A DNA stretch of 64,000 nucleotides from Methanomassiliicoccales archaeon (lineage in GTDB: Archaea > Thermoplasmatota > Thermoplasmata > Methanomassiliicoccales > JACIVX01), in contig JAWCLO010000002.1 of NCBI GenBank assembly GCA_038850735.1, forward strand, positions 105,902 through 169,901. The letters run 5' to 3'. Below the pieces are notes generated by a model. The model saw nothing but the letters and a program-made list of their open reading frames with translations, did not search any database and was not told where the DNA came from. The position numbers and the translations under genes are program-made. This document shows positions 38,306-48,575 of the stretch, one piece after another (position 1 is the stretch's first letter; each line of letters begins with the position of its first letter).

Positions 38306-40714
38306 TCATAACTTGTACTCCTTTGCTCTTTCTGCCATGTCTGAAAGTTTTTTCTGAACTAAATCATTAATTGACCCTTTCTCGAATGTACCATCAACAA
38401 GCTTCCTTCCCGCAGCAACTCCTGTGAGCACTTCGATGCCTTCATCGACGGTCTTAACTGGATAAATGTGAAACTTTCCACTTCTCACCGCCTCTACGAC
38501 CTCTTCTCTTAGCATAAGATTTTGTACATTGCTATGCGGTATGAGAACACCCTGCTTCCCTGTAAGTCCTTTATACTTGCAGATTTCATAGAAACCTTCA
38601 ATTTTCTCATTGATCCCGCCTATCGCTTGGACCTCTCCCTTCTGGTTTATGGAACCCGTGACCGCAATGTACTGCTTGACAGGTTTTTCTGAAAGAGCCG
38701 AAAGGATAGCATAAAGTTCCGTGCTTGAAGCGCTGTCTCCGTCTACGCCAGAATAACTCTGCTCAAAAACAATTCTAGCGTTGAGGCTGAGTGGTTTCTC
38801 CCGTGCATAGCGGTCGTTGAGAAAACCGGTGAGAATCATGACTCCTTTCGTATGTAACGGGCCGCCCATTTGCGATTCACGTTCTATGTCGATGATTCCC
38901 TCACGTCCAATCCCAATGCTCGCGGTAATTTTGCTAGGCTTACCAAAAACATAATCGCCGATGCCCATTACCGCTAGACCGTTGACTTGTCCAACCTTTT
39001 CTCCATCAGTGTCTATCATTAGAAGATTTCTTTTTACAGCTTCGTTGATTTTTTCCTGAATCATGTTCGATCTGAAGACCTTTTCATCCAATGCCATACT
39101 AATATGTTCTTTTGTGATTACAGACGATCCGTCGCGTCTTGCGTAGTAATTCGCTTCTCTAACAACATCTGAAATCTCCGAAAATCTCGTTGATAACTTC
39201 TCCTGATGATCTGCAAGCCTCGAACCATATTCTATGATATAGGCAAGCGCGCCTCGATCCAGATGGAGAAGATGTTCTTTCTCACATAGAGTGCGAATGA
39301 ATGATGCGTATTTCCTAATGTTTTCTTCATTCCTATCCATCGTCACATCAAAGTCAGCTTTTACTTTGAAAAGTTCTCTAAAATCCTTATCTAGCGCATA
39401 TAGGATGTTATAGATATCTGGTTTTCCTATAAGGATGACCTTTACCTTGAAGGGGATCGGACTTGGACGAAGTGTTTTCGTAACTACATAACCCAACTTT
39501 GCGGCGGGGTCTTCAATTTCTATCATTTCATTGGCTATCGCTTGTTTCAAGCTCTCCCAGACAATAGGATCTCTTAGAAGTTCTTCGACTGGTAGAACAA
39601 GAAAGCCACCATTTGCCTTATGAGCTGATCCGCTACGAATCATTGTGAAATTAGTTACAAGTGCTCCGAATCGAGCCTCCTTTTCGGTAAAACCAAAGAG
39701 TCGCCCGTAGGTAGGATTTAGTTCGATCACTACAGGCGCGCCTTTCAATGCTGAATTATCGACAAAGAGATTTACAGCAAAATTTTTTAGCGGATCATCA
39801 GATGGTTGCAGCATAAATGGAATCTGCGGTTCTTTCGGTTGTCCTTCAAGGATGATGGGCAGATTTTCAATAATGTAGTCTCTTACCTCTAGTAAGTACT
39901 CAACCACATCCCTGGCGCCGCTAAATTCCTCTCGGAGAATGTCCAAAAATGGTTCCAGGGCAAAACTCGCGACTCTTTTGTTGAAATCTTTTACCATCTC
40001 CTCTGCTTTCTGTTCAAGGTTTCGTAGCGATCGCAAAATTCCAAAGATTTGGCTCTGAACCGCGCTTCTTTTTTCCTGAATTTGCTTCTGAAGTACAGAA
40101 GGGAGTCTCAGAAATTCCTCATCTGTAATTGCTTTGCCATTAATGACAGGCACGAGAACAAGACCGATCTGTGATTGTTGGAGAATGAATCCGCTTTCTT
40201 CGGCAGTTTTGTTCAGCTGCTTGCTCAATGTATTCCTCTCATCTTCCAACGATCTTAGCATTCCAGTCCGTGCTTTAATGTAGTCATCACTTTCAAATGC
40301 AAATTTAAGAGCAGCTATTACCGATGAGACGAACTTCTCCATTTCCCTTTTAAAGACGATACCCTTACCAGCTGGAAGTTCAATAGCCTTAGGTCTAGTC
40401 GGATCTTTAAAATTGTTCACATAACACCAGTCGCTCGGAACTGGTTTTGATTTGGCAAGCTCCTCAACAAATTCTACTACAGCTGTCCTTCTCCCAGTAC
40501 CTGGAATACCTGCAACGTATATGTTAAATCCTCTTTCCGCAACATTGAGTCCAAACTGAAGTGCCTTGATTGCCCGTTCCTGACCAAGAATTCCCGAGAG
40601 AGCGGGCAAATCGGCTGAAGTCTTACATTCAAGAACATTCTCAGAACATACATTTCGACACTGAGATGCTGATAATTCTACAACCATGGTACCAACAACC
40701 TGCTTGCTCTGCAT
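38306..40714 (-). CDS. Lon-like serine protease with AAA-like domain and long insertion (COG1067 / LonC-like)
   Basis: The C-terminal Lon protease domain has a Ser-Lys dyad context (VDGDSASS ... GGINEKIEG). The N-terminal AAA-like domain carries GIPGTGRRT in place of GxxGxGK[ST]. A roughly 200-aa coiled insertion is present. Confidence 0.8.
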   Translation of the reverse strand: MQSKQVVGTMVVELSASQCRNVCSENVLECKTSADLPALSGILGQERAIKALQFGLNVAERGFNIYVAGIPGTGRRTAVVEFVEELAKSKPVPSDWCYVNNFKDPTRPKAIELPAGKGIVFKREMEKFVSSVIAALKFAFESDDYIKARTGMLRSLEDERNTLSKQLNKTAEESGFILQQSQIGLVLVPVINGKAITDEEFLRLPSVLQKQIQEKRSAVQSQIFGILRSLRNLEQKAEEMVKDFNKRVASFALEPFLDILREEFSGARDVVEYLLEVRDYIIENLPIILEGQPKEPQIPFMLQPSDDPLKNFAVNLFVDNSALKGAPVVIELNPTYGRLFGFTEKEARFGALVTNFTMIRSGSAHKANGGFLVLPVEELLRDPIVWESLKQAIANEMIEIEDPAAKLGYVVTKTLRPSPIPFKVKVILIGKPDIYNILYALDKDFRELFKVKADFDVTMDRNEENIRKYASFIRTLCEKEHLLHLDRGALAYIIEYGSRLADHQEKLSTRFSEISDVVREANYYARRDGSSVITKEHISMALDEKVFRSNMIQEKINEAVKRNLLMIDTDGEKVGQVNGLAVMGIGDYVFGKPSKITASIGIGREGIIDIERESQMGGPLHTKGVMILTGFLNDRYAREKPLSLNARIVFEQSYSGVDGDSASSTELYAILSALSEKPVKQYIAVTGSINQKGEVQAIGGINEKIEGFYEICKYKGLTGKQGVLIPHSNVQNLMLREEVVEAVRSGKFHIYPVKTVDEGIEVLTGVAAGRKLVDGTFEKGSINDLVQKKLSDMAERAKEYKL

Positions 40715-40943
40715 TTATCAATTGGTGCTTCTAATAAAAAAGCGTAACTCCCTTAATTCATGGTGCCCAACGCCGCACCAAACATTAATCGTTCCAATTA
40801 ACGAATTACGACCAATTGATTCGATATTCGCATCAATTAGATTCATTTTTTATCAAGATCGCAAAGATTATCAGGAATTGTCAAATTCCTATCGCTAAAA
40901 TATAGGGTAAAATTTAATATGAACATCACTCTAGCGAGGAGAA

Positions 40944-42416
40944 ATGAGTCCAAAAACTAAAATTCCACGGTGTATGAGCACCCAACATCCCGACAACGTT
41001 AACGTGCCTTTCTTCGCCGAGAGCTCTGAACTCGGAGGAGAAGATGAGATCCAAGAAGCATATTATGTTTTTTCTCACTTAGGTTGCGATGAACAGATGT
41101 GGGATTGTGAAGGAAAGGAAGTTGACAATTTTGTTGTAAAAAAACTCCTTACAAAATATGATCTTTTCTTCAGGAATTGTAGAATAGGTAGGGATGTGTT
41201 CATAACTCCGAGAGTTCCTAATCCAAGTGTTGAAAGAGATGAAGCAAAGATTCTCCTTGAGACACTAGAAAGTATTCCACGATCATTTGACACCGCCAAA
41301 CTGTTTTACAATGATGATATCTCTCCAATCTTTGAAGTCATACTGCCAATGACGTCCTCAGCTCAGTGTCTAGATAGAGTATACATATACTACAGAGATT
41401 TTGTTGTTGGAAAACAAGCAAAGCAATTTAAAAAAGGAGACATCACGATCGCAGAGTGGATTGGCCGTTTTGAGCCGGAAACGATTAATGTTATACCACT
41501 TTTCGAAGAACTTGACCATATGTTGAATGCTCACAGAATTACCAAAGAATACCTCGAAGACAAAGAAATAGAGCAACAAAGAGTTTTTCTGGCAAGGTCA
41601 GATCCTGCCATGAATTACGGCTTCATCACTGCCGTGCTTATCAACAAGATAGCACTCTTTAGGTTGCGAAAATTCGAAGAAGAAAGCGGGATCGAAATCT
41701 ATCCAATTATTGGGATTGGCTCGGTACCTTTCAGGGGAGGATTTAGACCAGAAACTGTAGAAAGAGTTATTGATGAATATCCATCGGTTTACACTTTTAC
41801 CATACAATCCTCATTCAAGTACGACAACCCGCCTGATAAGGTAAGAAATGCAATTGAAAAGATTAGAGACAGAAAGCCCGAGAAAGCAAAAGAGGTTGAT
41901 GAAAAGAGGTGTCTAGAAATTGTTGAAAAATACTCGAGGGAATATAGAAATCAAGTTGCTCAGCTGGCAATGCTGATCAACGAAATGGCAAAATTCGTAC
42001 CGAGCAGAAGAAAAAGAAAACTACACATCGGGCTCTTTGGTTATTCTCGAAACATTCAAGGAGTGAGATTGCCAAGGGCTATAACTTTCACGGCGGCGCT
42101 TTATTCGCTTGGACTACCTCCGGAAATACTTGGACTCAATGCTCTCAGTGATAGAGATCTTGAATTCATCAGGGAGACATTCGTTCATTTTGATGACTAC
42201 ATGAAAGATGCGCTAGCTTACCTAGATCCCGAATCTTTGAGTCTTGTGCATGCGAATTTAAGGGATGCTCTTGCCAATCTCGATTTGGACGTCTCACCCG
42301 ATGAAACACATCTGGATTTAACCAGGGAAATGGTTGATATTCTAAGACATAGGTCAGGCAGAGACATGACTGAAATACTCATTCGCGCGGCATATCGTAG
42401 AGGTTTCTTAGGCTAA
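40944..42416 (+). CDS. ppcA: archaeal-type phosphoenolpyruvate carboxylase
   Basis: Contains the N-terminal IPRCMSTQHPDNV signature, has a length near 490 aa, and ends in RRGFLG. Confidence 0.9.
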   Translation: MSPKTKIPRCMSTQHPDNVNVPFFAESSELGGEDEIQEAYYVFSHLGCDEQMWDCEGKEVDNFVVKKLLTKYDLFFRNCRIGRDVFITPRVPNPSVERDEAKILLETLESIPRSFDTAKLFYNDDISPIFEVILPMTSSAQCLDRVYIYYRDFVVGKQAKQFKKGDITIAEWIGRFEPETINVIPLFEELDHMLNAHRITKEYLEDKEIEQQRVFLARSDPAMNYGFITAVLINKIALFRLRKFEEESGIEIYPIIGIGSVPFRGGFRPETVERVIDEYPSVYTFTIQSSFKYDNPPDKVRNAIEKIRDRKPEKAKEVDEKRCLEIVEKYSREYRNQVAQLAMLINEMAKFVPSRRKRKLHIGLFGYSRNIQGVRLPRAITFTAALYSLGLPPEILGLNALSDRDLEFIRETFVHFDDYMKDALAYLDPESLSLVHANLRDALANLDLDVSPDETHLDLTREMVDILRHRSGRDMTEILIRAAYRRGFLG

Positions 42417-42730
42417 GCGTGTGCCCTCGAAATGCCTTATCGAAAATGGGCATCAGTTCACATATGAAAAAACTGGTACATTCGCAATTGAAGTGAAAAT
42501 TCATGATTTGTTAGATTGCCCGCATGAACGCAGTGAATGTCGACGAAAGTTATTCTCTATGTATTATTTCTGCATCACGGCTTTTCATTTATCTCAAAGT
42601 TTCCACATTAGAATTGGTATAGCATCTGTATTGCAGGGGTGCTACAATCATGCATGCTTTTTTCATACCATATTTTTTATACAAAGTGCGAGTCAATTTC
42701 AATCGAGCAATCAATGGTATATGCGCACGC

Positions 42731-43180
42731 TTACCAAGAATCACCATCAATAACATCGAATCCCTTTTCAGCATCGCGCTTTCTTAGAACATCTGGCACG
42801 ATCAGTTCAATGAGAACAACCTCCACGAACTCCCATACATGAACCCCCTTCCTTAGGCAACCGACCATTGTGTGATCGCCGCGACCAAGAGCACCATGTA
42901 CATGAGCGAGAGGAATTCCTTGCTCATCGGGAAATACTGTTCCAACTGCCAATATTTCATGTACTCCCGAGAAAACAGATACCATCGGCTCGATTGGTCT
43001 TGCTATTCCGTCCTTTGGGCCTACAACTAGGCTGCCTTTTTTGGTTCCGCCCAAAACAATAAAAAAGGCTGATTTTACGCCATTTTCTCTGGCGAACCTT
43101 TCGATGCAACCGTGAATGATTTCATCGTCCTCAAGACGAATGACAAATATTCGCCCCTCTTTTGCCTCAACCCATTTCAT
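42731..43180 (-). CDS. PPC (DUF296) domain protein
   Basis: 149 aa. Contains GRIFVIRLEDDEIIHGCIERFARENGVKSAFFIVLG...HVHGALG, typical of the PPC/DUF296 fold. Confidence 0.7.
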   Translation of the reverse strand: MKWVEAKEGRIFVIRLEDDEIIHGCIERFARENGVKSAFFIVLGGTKKGSLVVGPKDGIARPIEPMVSVFSGVHEILAVGTVFPDEQGIPLAHVHGALGRGDHTMVGCLRKGVHVWEFVEVVLIELIVPDVLRKRDAEKGFDVIDGDSW

Positions 43181-43458
43181 AATATCATCTCCGAATGACG
43201 AAGGATTGAATTAAGTTGTCACGAATCTGTAAGAAGTTGAGATATTTTTGCGTCACGCTCTATGATCTTCAAATAGGCCAATCATGATATACACTCTTGA
43301 CAGATTTTCTCAGTTATAGCTCAGAAAATATTTATTCCGTGGATGTAGATCGACGATATCTTAAGCTTATGTCAAACATTATATGCTTAATGCTCAAAGA
43401 CCAGGAGAAACATTCAATCAAAAAATTGAAAAAATGAGAGAAAGAGAATGGTTTTCGT

Positions 43459-45108
43459 TTAATCTCCAAATTCCTCTTCACCAGCGCCGCTACCCTCTTT
43501 GCCCTTACCGCCTGCACCTGTCTTAGTCTCGCCCTTCGCGGCGATGACGTCATCGATCCTTAATATCATGATTGCCGCATCCGTTGCGGAATTGATCGCT
43601 TGCCTTCCTACCCTCAGGGGCTCGATGACGTTTTCCTTGAGCATGTCCGTGACCTTGCCGGTGAATACATTTACACCAGCGTGCTTCTCACCACTCTTGT
43701 GGGCCTTACGTAGCTCGATCAGTATGTCTATTGGATCGAGACCAGCATTCTCTGATAAAGCAGTCGGGATGACTTCCATAGCCGCCGCAAAGGCATCAAT
43801 TGCAATTTGCTCACGACCGCTGACGGTAGCTGCATATTCTCTGAGCCGCATAGCCAGCTCGACGGCTGTCGAGCCACCGCCCGTAATCATCTTGCCGTCC
43901 TCTATTGCCACGGCGACGACATTAAGTGCATCATCAAGTGATCTCTCCATCTCATCTACAACGTGCTCTGTACCGCCTCGGACGAGAATGGATACTGCCT
44001 TCGGATTCTTGCAACCCTTTACAAATGTCATCTCATCTTCCTGGATTTTCCTGACTTCCACGAGATCCGCGGTCCCCAGATCGGATGGTTCAAGCTCAGT
44101 AAACTTGTTGACAATGTTTGCACCAGTGGCTTTTGCTAGCTTCTCCATGTCGGATTCCTTTACCCTGCGAACGGCAAATATCTTTTCCTTTGCCAGGAAG
44201 TGCTGTGCAAGATCATCGATTCCTTTCTGGCAGAATAGCACGTTTGCGCCAGCTTTCTTGACGCATTCCACCATTTTCTTAAGCATGTTTTCCTCTTCTG
44301 CGAGGAACGCTTGCATCTGCGACGGATCTGTAATTTGAATCTTTGCCTCAACTTCTGTTTTCTTGATTTCCATCGCGCCGCTGACTAGTGCAATCTTCGC
44401 CTTTTCAATTTTCTTTGGCATCGCTGGGTGCACAGGTTCCTTATCAATGATTATTCCTTTTATTATCTCAGTGTCTTCCATTGCGCCGCCTTGCTTCTTG
44501 ACGATTTGGATGTTGTCTTTGAGGTCAACTACCCATCGCCCGTCTCTTTCTTCTGCAATTGTTGTAACAGCCTCGACTGCGAGATTCGCCAGGTGTTCCC
44601 TAGATGCTGAAACAGCCTTACTGATCATGGCCGTCATGGCGATCTTCTTCAATGTTTCCTTGTCGTCGTGCCTTACTGGGATTGCTAGAGATTCAAGAAT
44701 TTCGACCGCTTTCTGCGAAGCCATTCTGTAGCCCTGTGCAATGATCGTCGGGTGAACATCAGCATCGATTAAGTCCTGCGCCTTTTTGAGTAGTTCTCCC
44801 GCAAGAACTGCTGCTGTGGTGGTTCCATCTCCGCATTCTTCGTCTTGCGCTTTCGAAACTTCAACAAGCATCTTGGCCGCAGGGTGCTGGACATCCATTT
44901 CTTTCAAAATCGTGACTCCGTCGTTTGTTATGACGACGTCGCCCATGCTATCAACCAGCATTTTGTCCATGCCCCTCGGACCCAAAGAGCTTCTGACTGC
45001 ATCGGCAACGGCTCTAGCTGCCATTATGTTGTTGTATTGGGCATCTCGCCCACGTTCTCGTTTGGTACCTTCTTTAAGTATTAATATTGGTGTTCCTGCC
45101 ATACCCAT
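43459..45108 (-). CDS. ths: thermosome subunit (group II chaperonin)
   Basis: Contains [19 protein letters not shown] and GDGTTT, with a C-terminal G/E-rich tail. GGAGGTG lies 5 nt upstream of the ATG at 45108; the track start at 45132 is less likely. Confidence 0.95.
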   Translation of the reverse strand: MGMAGTPILILKEGTKRERGRDAQYNNIMAARAVADAVRSSLGPRGMDKMLVDSMGDVVITNDGVTILKEMDVQHPAAKMLVEVSKAQDEECGDGTTTAAVLAGELLKKAQDLIDADVHPTIIAQGYRMASQKAVEILESLAIPVRHDDKETLKKIAMTAMISKAVSASREHLANLAVEAVTTIAEERDGRWVVDLKDNIQIVKKQGGAMEDTEIIKGIIIDKEPVHPAMPKKIEKAKIALVSGAMEIKKTEVEAKIQITDPSQMQAFLAEEENMLKKMVECVKKAGANVLFCQKGIDDLAQHFLAKEKIFAVRRVKESDMEKLAKATGANIVNKFTELEPSDLGTADLVEVRKIQEDEMTFVKGCKNPKAVSILVRGGTEHVVDEMERSLDDALNVVAVAIEDGKMITGGGSTAVELAMRLREYAATVSGREQIAIDAFAAAMEVIPTALSENAGLDPIDILIELRKAHKSGEKHAGVNVFTGKVTDMLKENVIEPLRVGRQAINSATDAAIMILRIDDVIAAKGETKTGAGGKGKEGSGAGEEEFGD

Positions 45109-45211
45109 ATACCCACCTCCGCAGGAATCCAATCCAACAGCGTTTGATGCGTACCCCTAATGTGTTTGTTCTTCTATATTAATATATCGATCAAAAACCT
45201 ATTGAACTTAT

Positions 45212-45997
45212 TTAGTTTTGACGTCTGTACATAAGTCTCCATTCGCTATACGCATCATCAAATGAATGACTCGAAATAACCAAATCCAAAAAAATCAAGT
45301 GTTCTTTAATTCTCCTTTCGACTAGATCATCTGGAATTTCTCGGCCGGCCGTAATGTAATATTTCATCTCATTTCTCAGAATATCAAGAGGTAACATGGG
45401 CATGTCGACAATCACCTTCCTCACCTCGATGCCTTCAGATCTAAGTGATGCTTCCAAATCTCCAGATGAATCCACGCAAACGGCACTGTCTGTAATCTCA
45501 GATTTGAGCTTTCTAGCGTCCGTTTGAGATTCACGCCTTGAGATGTCAATTTCTTCATAGATCAATTCTTTCCATTGATTAACATCAATTCTACCTGCTC
45601 GTGATCGAAGAGCTAACAACATATACTCAATCGCGATTTGCCGCTCACAGTCAATTGATGAAATATCTCTGTAGCATCTAATTTTCTTACTGGGTGCAAT
45701 CAATGAGATTCCCCTGATTAACGGTTCCCATGAGGTAATCAGCCTTTTGTCTTCTGGAAGCCGAATAACTCCGGAATCTTCCATGTCTCGAACAATTTCG
45801 TAAAAATCAAAACCTTGTCTTAAGGCTACGATGGCATCCTCCCATGCCTTTGGAAGTGGTAAGAAAATTGAATTCCACTTCAATTTCTCGAGCACCTCAA
45901 GCACTTTTCTCTTCGACCAACTTGTCTGTACGGATGATATCAGGGTGATTCCCTTATGCTTTAATTCTTTCGAGGCATCTCCCGTATTGTTTTCCAT
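45212..45997 (-). CDS. hypothetical protein
   Basis: An ORF of about 260 aa with protein-like composition and no motif I can assign. The start is uncertain (track start 46045; ATG at 45997). Confidence 0.45.
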   Translation of the reverse strand: MENNTGDASKELKHKGITLISSVQTSWSKRKVLEVLEKLKWNSIFLPLPKAWEDAIVALRQGFDFYEIVRDMEDSGVIRLPEDKRLITSWEPLIRGISLIAPSKKIRCYRDISSIDCERQIAIEYMLLALRSRAGRIDVNQWKELIYEEIDISRRESQTDARKLKSEITDSAVCVDSSGDLEASLRSEGIEVRKVIVDMPMLPLDILRNEMKYYITAGREIPDDLVERRIKEHLIFLDLVISSHSFDDAYSEWRLMYRRQN

Positions 45998-46160
45998 GTT
46001 ACGTTTATCCCTCTTGCGAATGCATCTATTATCATATGTTCGCAAATCAATACAAATTCTTTTCGCGTCAATTCAAATTCTTAACTGAACATGTCAAAGA
46101 TCCATTGTATGTTTCCGATACGAAAACCTTAAGCCAACAGATTTAAAAATGACTGGATAC

Positions 46161-47030
46161 TCATATTTCGATATGCAATGCATATCTTATCAAAAGCCCT
46201 AGGATGAAAGAGACCAGTGCAACCCCCAGACTCACAATCAACATATGTAGAAATCTTTTGCTGAATTTCATATCCTTGGCAATGCTGAGGTGATAGTTAA
46301 AAAGAAAGATGAGGATTACGGCATTAAAAACAACGATCGGCAAAGCGGTGACCGACGGAATGCCTATTAATAGAGGCCAAATGAGTATAACCAGGGTTAT
46401 CATATATGCAACGACCGTATACGATGCAGCTCCCAGAGGCGTCTGTTGATTTTCCTCCCAAAACGCCGCGAGGTACTCGGAGCTTGCCAGACTTAATGAT
46501 CCCACCGAGCCTGAGATAAGTGCAATAAAGCCCACAAGTCTGCTTTCATGAAAGATAAGTGAAAGACCTATTATCTCGCCAGTGATCTCCACCACGCCGT
46601 CATTTATCCCTCTGATAATCGCACCTGTGTACCTGAGCCTTCTTTCATCTATCAAATTAATCAGATCTTCTTCATGCGACACTTCGTCTTCAAGTAGACT
46701 GTTGATTCCTTGATACTTTGATTGCCGTATTTCATAGGAACGTTGAGCCTGCTTTTCATGGCGCTCCATGAGTTTCATTGAGAAAGTGATGCCGAAAATC
46801 CATGACAGTACAGTATAAATCAAGAGTTTCATCCTGCGCGGTTTCACTTCCTTTTCCGAAATATCTTTCCAGTATTCGTAGTGAGCTAACTCATCAGCGG
46901 CTATCGACTTGAGAATATCTCTATTCCTTTGTCCTTTCGCTGATTTGGCTAATCGCTTGTAAAATTCGTGAAGAGTGATTTCGGTCTTTTGGAACTCAAG
47001 AACTTCATCCTGGATATCAGATTTATCCAT
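46161..47030 (-). CDS. VIT1/CCC1-family iron/manganese transporter with N-terminal ferritin-like domain
   Basis: Contains an N-terminal ferritin/rubrerythrin-like helix pair (EFYKRLA...ELAHYEYWK) followed by TM helices of the VIT1 type. Confidence 0.75.
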   Translation of the reverse strand: MDKSDIQDEVLEFQKTEITLHEFYKRLAKSAKGQRNRDILKSIAADELAHYEYWKDISEKEVKPRRMKLLIYTVLSWIFGITFSMKLMERHEKQAQRSYEIRQSKYQGINSLLEDEVSHEEDLINLIDERRLRYTGAIIRGINDGVVEITGEIIGLSLIFHESRLVGFIALISGSVGSLSLASSEYLAAFWEENQQTPLGAASYTVVAYMITLVILIWPLLIGIPSVTALPIVVFNAVILIFLFNYHLSIAKDMKFSKRFLHMLIVSLGVALVSFILGLLIRYALHIEI

Positions 47031-47301
47031 CTATTAATGGATTTGCAATTAGTGGTATATTTTCTTTGGCATCTGAGCCTTTTCGTGCACTTCCTATGCA
47101 CTTATTCTTGAAAAAAATCGAAGGAAATGATTTTCCGCGATGAATGATTAATTTTTTGCAAAAGAAATGTCGAATGGCATGTATCGCTTTCATCAGTCCA
47201 AACAAATTAATTCGAGGCGGAGTTCATTTTGGTGTTATCCTCTGTTGACCTAGGTATTCGATCTCGCTTGATCAAATTGCCAGCGACTATACAATTCATC
47301 T

Positions 47302-47916
47302 TTACAAGCATAGTATTGCATTTGAAACTCTGCCATTGAAAAACCAATATCCCTTCATATCGATCCGATAAACAACCGTTGGTTCTATAATGAGATGCCC
47401 GCTCACCTCTGAATTATTGTTCAGAACATAAAATCCTGGCCTAGGTGATTTGCTGGCATACATTTTCGAAAGAAATTTTGAGTGTGACGGTTTCTTGATT
47501 CTGGTAACTTTGACCACTATTTCAAGCCACTTTTCAAGTCCCTGTTTCGATTTTAAAGACGAGAGTTCATCAAAAATGAATTCCTTATCTTCTTTCGTCA
47601 AGCGCGTATTTGTATTTGGATGAGAATGAAATCCGCCGATGATAGCAAGTCCTACAGCACTTACTGTGCTGTGTAGGCGATTTCTTGCTGCAAGATTTCC
47701 ATATGTTACGGACGTCCTCCCACGCTGAGCGGTCTGTATGGGATAGGCTATGTCGATCGCCAGACACGATCTAAATCTGCTCGAAATGGATCGCCTTTCT
47801 TCATGACCAAGGAGTAGGCCCATCGATTCTGTACCAGGAATCTCAACAACGGACATCAATAGAGACGAAAAGGCGCTGGGCTCGAAGATCACAGGTGGAT
47901 TACGATTGTGGACCAA
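47302..47916 (-). CDS. JAB/MPN (JAMM) metalloprotease domain protein
   Basis: Contains the upstream Glu context GTESMGLLLG and the JAMM motif GGFHSHPNTNTRLTKED (H-x-H-x7-T-x2-D). The start is TTG. Confidence 0.6.
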   Translation of the reverse strand: MVHNRNPPVIFEPSAFSSLLMSVVEIPGTESMGLLLGHEERRSISSRFRSCLAIDIAYPIQTAQRGRTSVTYGNLAARNRLHSTVSAVGLAIIGGFHSHPNTNTRLTKEDKEFIFDELSSLKSKQGLEKWLEIVVKVTRIKKPSHSKFLSKMYASKSPRPGFYVLNNNSEVSGHLIIEPTVVYRIDMKGYWFFNGRVSNAILCL

Positions 47917-48170
47917 GGTACCACCCCTTAGAGCATCTCACTTATCCAACCTACTTGTGAGAGATATTAAAAGTTGTGAATATCCAAAATATAGCGTTTC
48001 TTTTGCCAATAAGTAATCCAATTCAATTTCTCGAATAAGAGGATGTAACTTGCGGATCGATTCAGGGAGGAATTTTGGGGTCTCCCAAACGATTCCTTTC
48101 AACCACTGAATCAATTATGTATCATCCTTAATAAATAATATAATTGATCTGCTGATAATGTGTGTCTGAT

Positions 48171-48575
48171 ATGATGTACGAGAAGCTAGATCACACCGCG
48201 GATGTGATGATTAAGGCGCGTGGCTCAAACATTGAAGAATGTTTTGCAAACGCCGCATATGGCATGTTTGATCAAATCGTCGAAGCCAATAAAATAGATC
48301 CAAAAATCGAGTACAACATAAGAGTCGAAGCCGAGAATACAGAAGCACTGCTTTACAATTTTCTTTCAGAACTTCTTTATATTTTTGACACGAAGAAGCT
48401 TGTGTTCTCAAAGTTCAGTGTGAAATTTGTAGGCAATGCACTTATCTGTACCGCCTGGGGCGAACAATTTAATCCGCATAAACATAAGCCCAAGAAGGAG
48501 ATCAAAGCCGTAACCTATCATATGATGACTATTAACAAAGACGAACCTTCCGTAACCGTTCTTTTTGATATATGA
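48171..48575 (+). CDS. archease
   Basis: Contains the MYEKLDHTADVMIKARGSNIEECFANAAYGMFD signature N-terminus and KAVTYHMM near the C-terminus. Confidence 0.85.
   Translation: MMYEKLDHTADVMIKARGSNIEECFANAAYGMFDQIVEANKIDPKIEYNIRVEAENTEALLYNFLSELLYIFDTKKLVFSKFSVKFVGNALICTAWGEQFNPHKHKPKKEIKAVTYHMMTINKDEPSVTVLFDI

Noticed and set aside
43499-44338. Long antisense ORFs opposite highly expressed or well-supported genes. Examples: 279 aa opposite the thermosome, 224 aa at 24992-25666 opposite dapF/dapL, 226 aa at 61952-62632 opposite the corrinoid protein, 173 aa at 7577-8098 opposite thiL, and 128 aa at 18687-19073.
   Set aside because: Their translations are Ser/Pro/Ala/Ile-rich and low in complexity, with no motifs. 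The opposite strand encodes unmistakable conserved proteins. Such ORFs are a normal by-product of codon bias.
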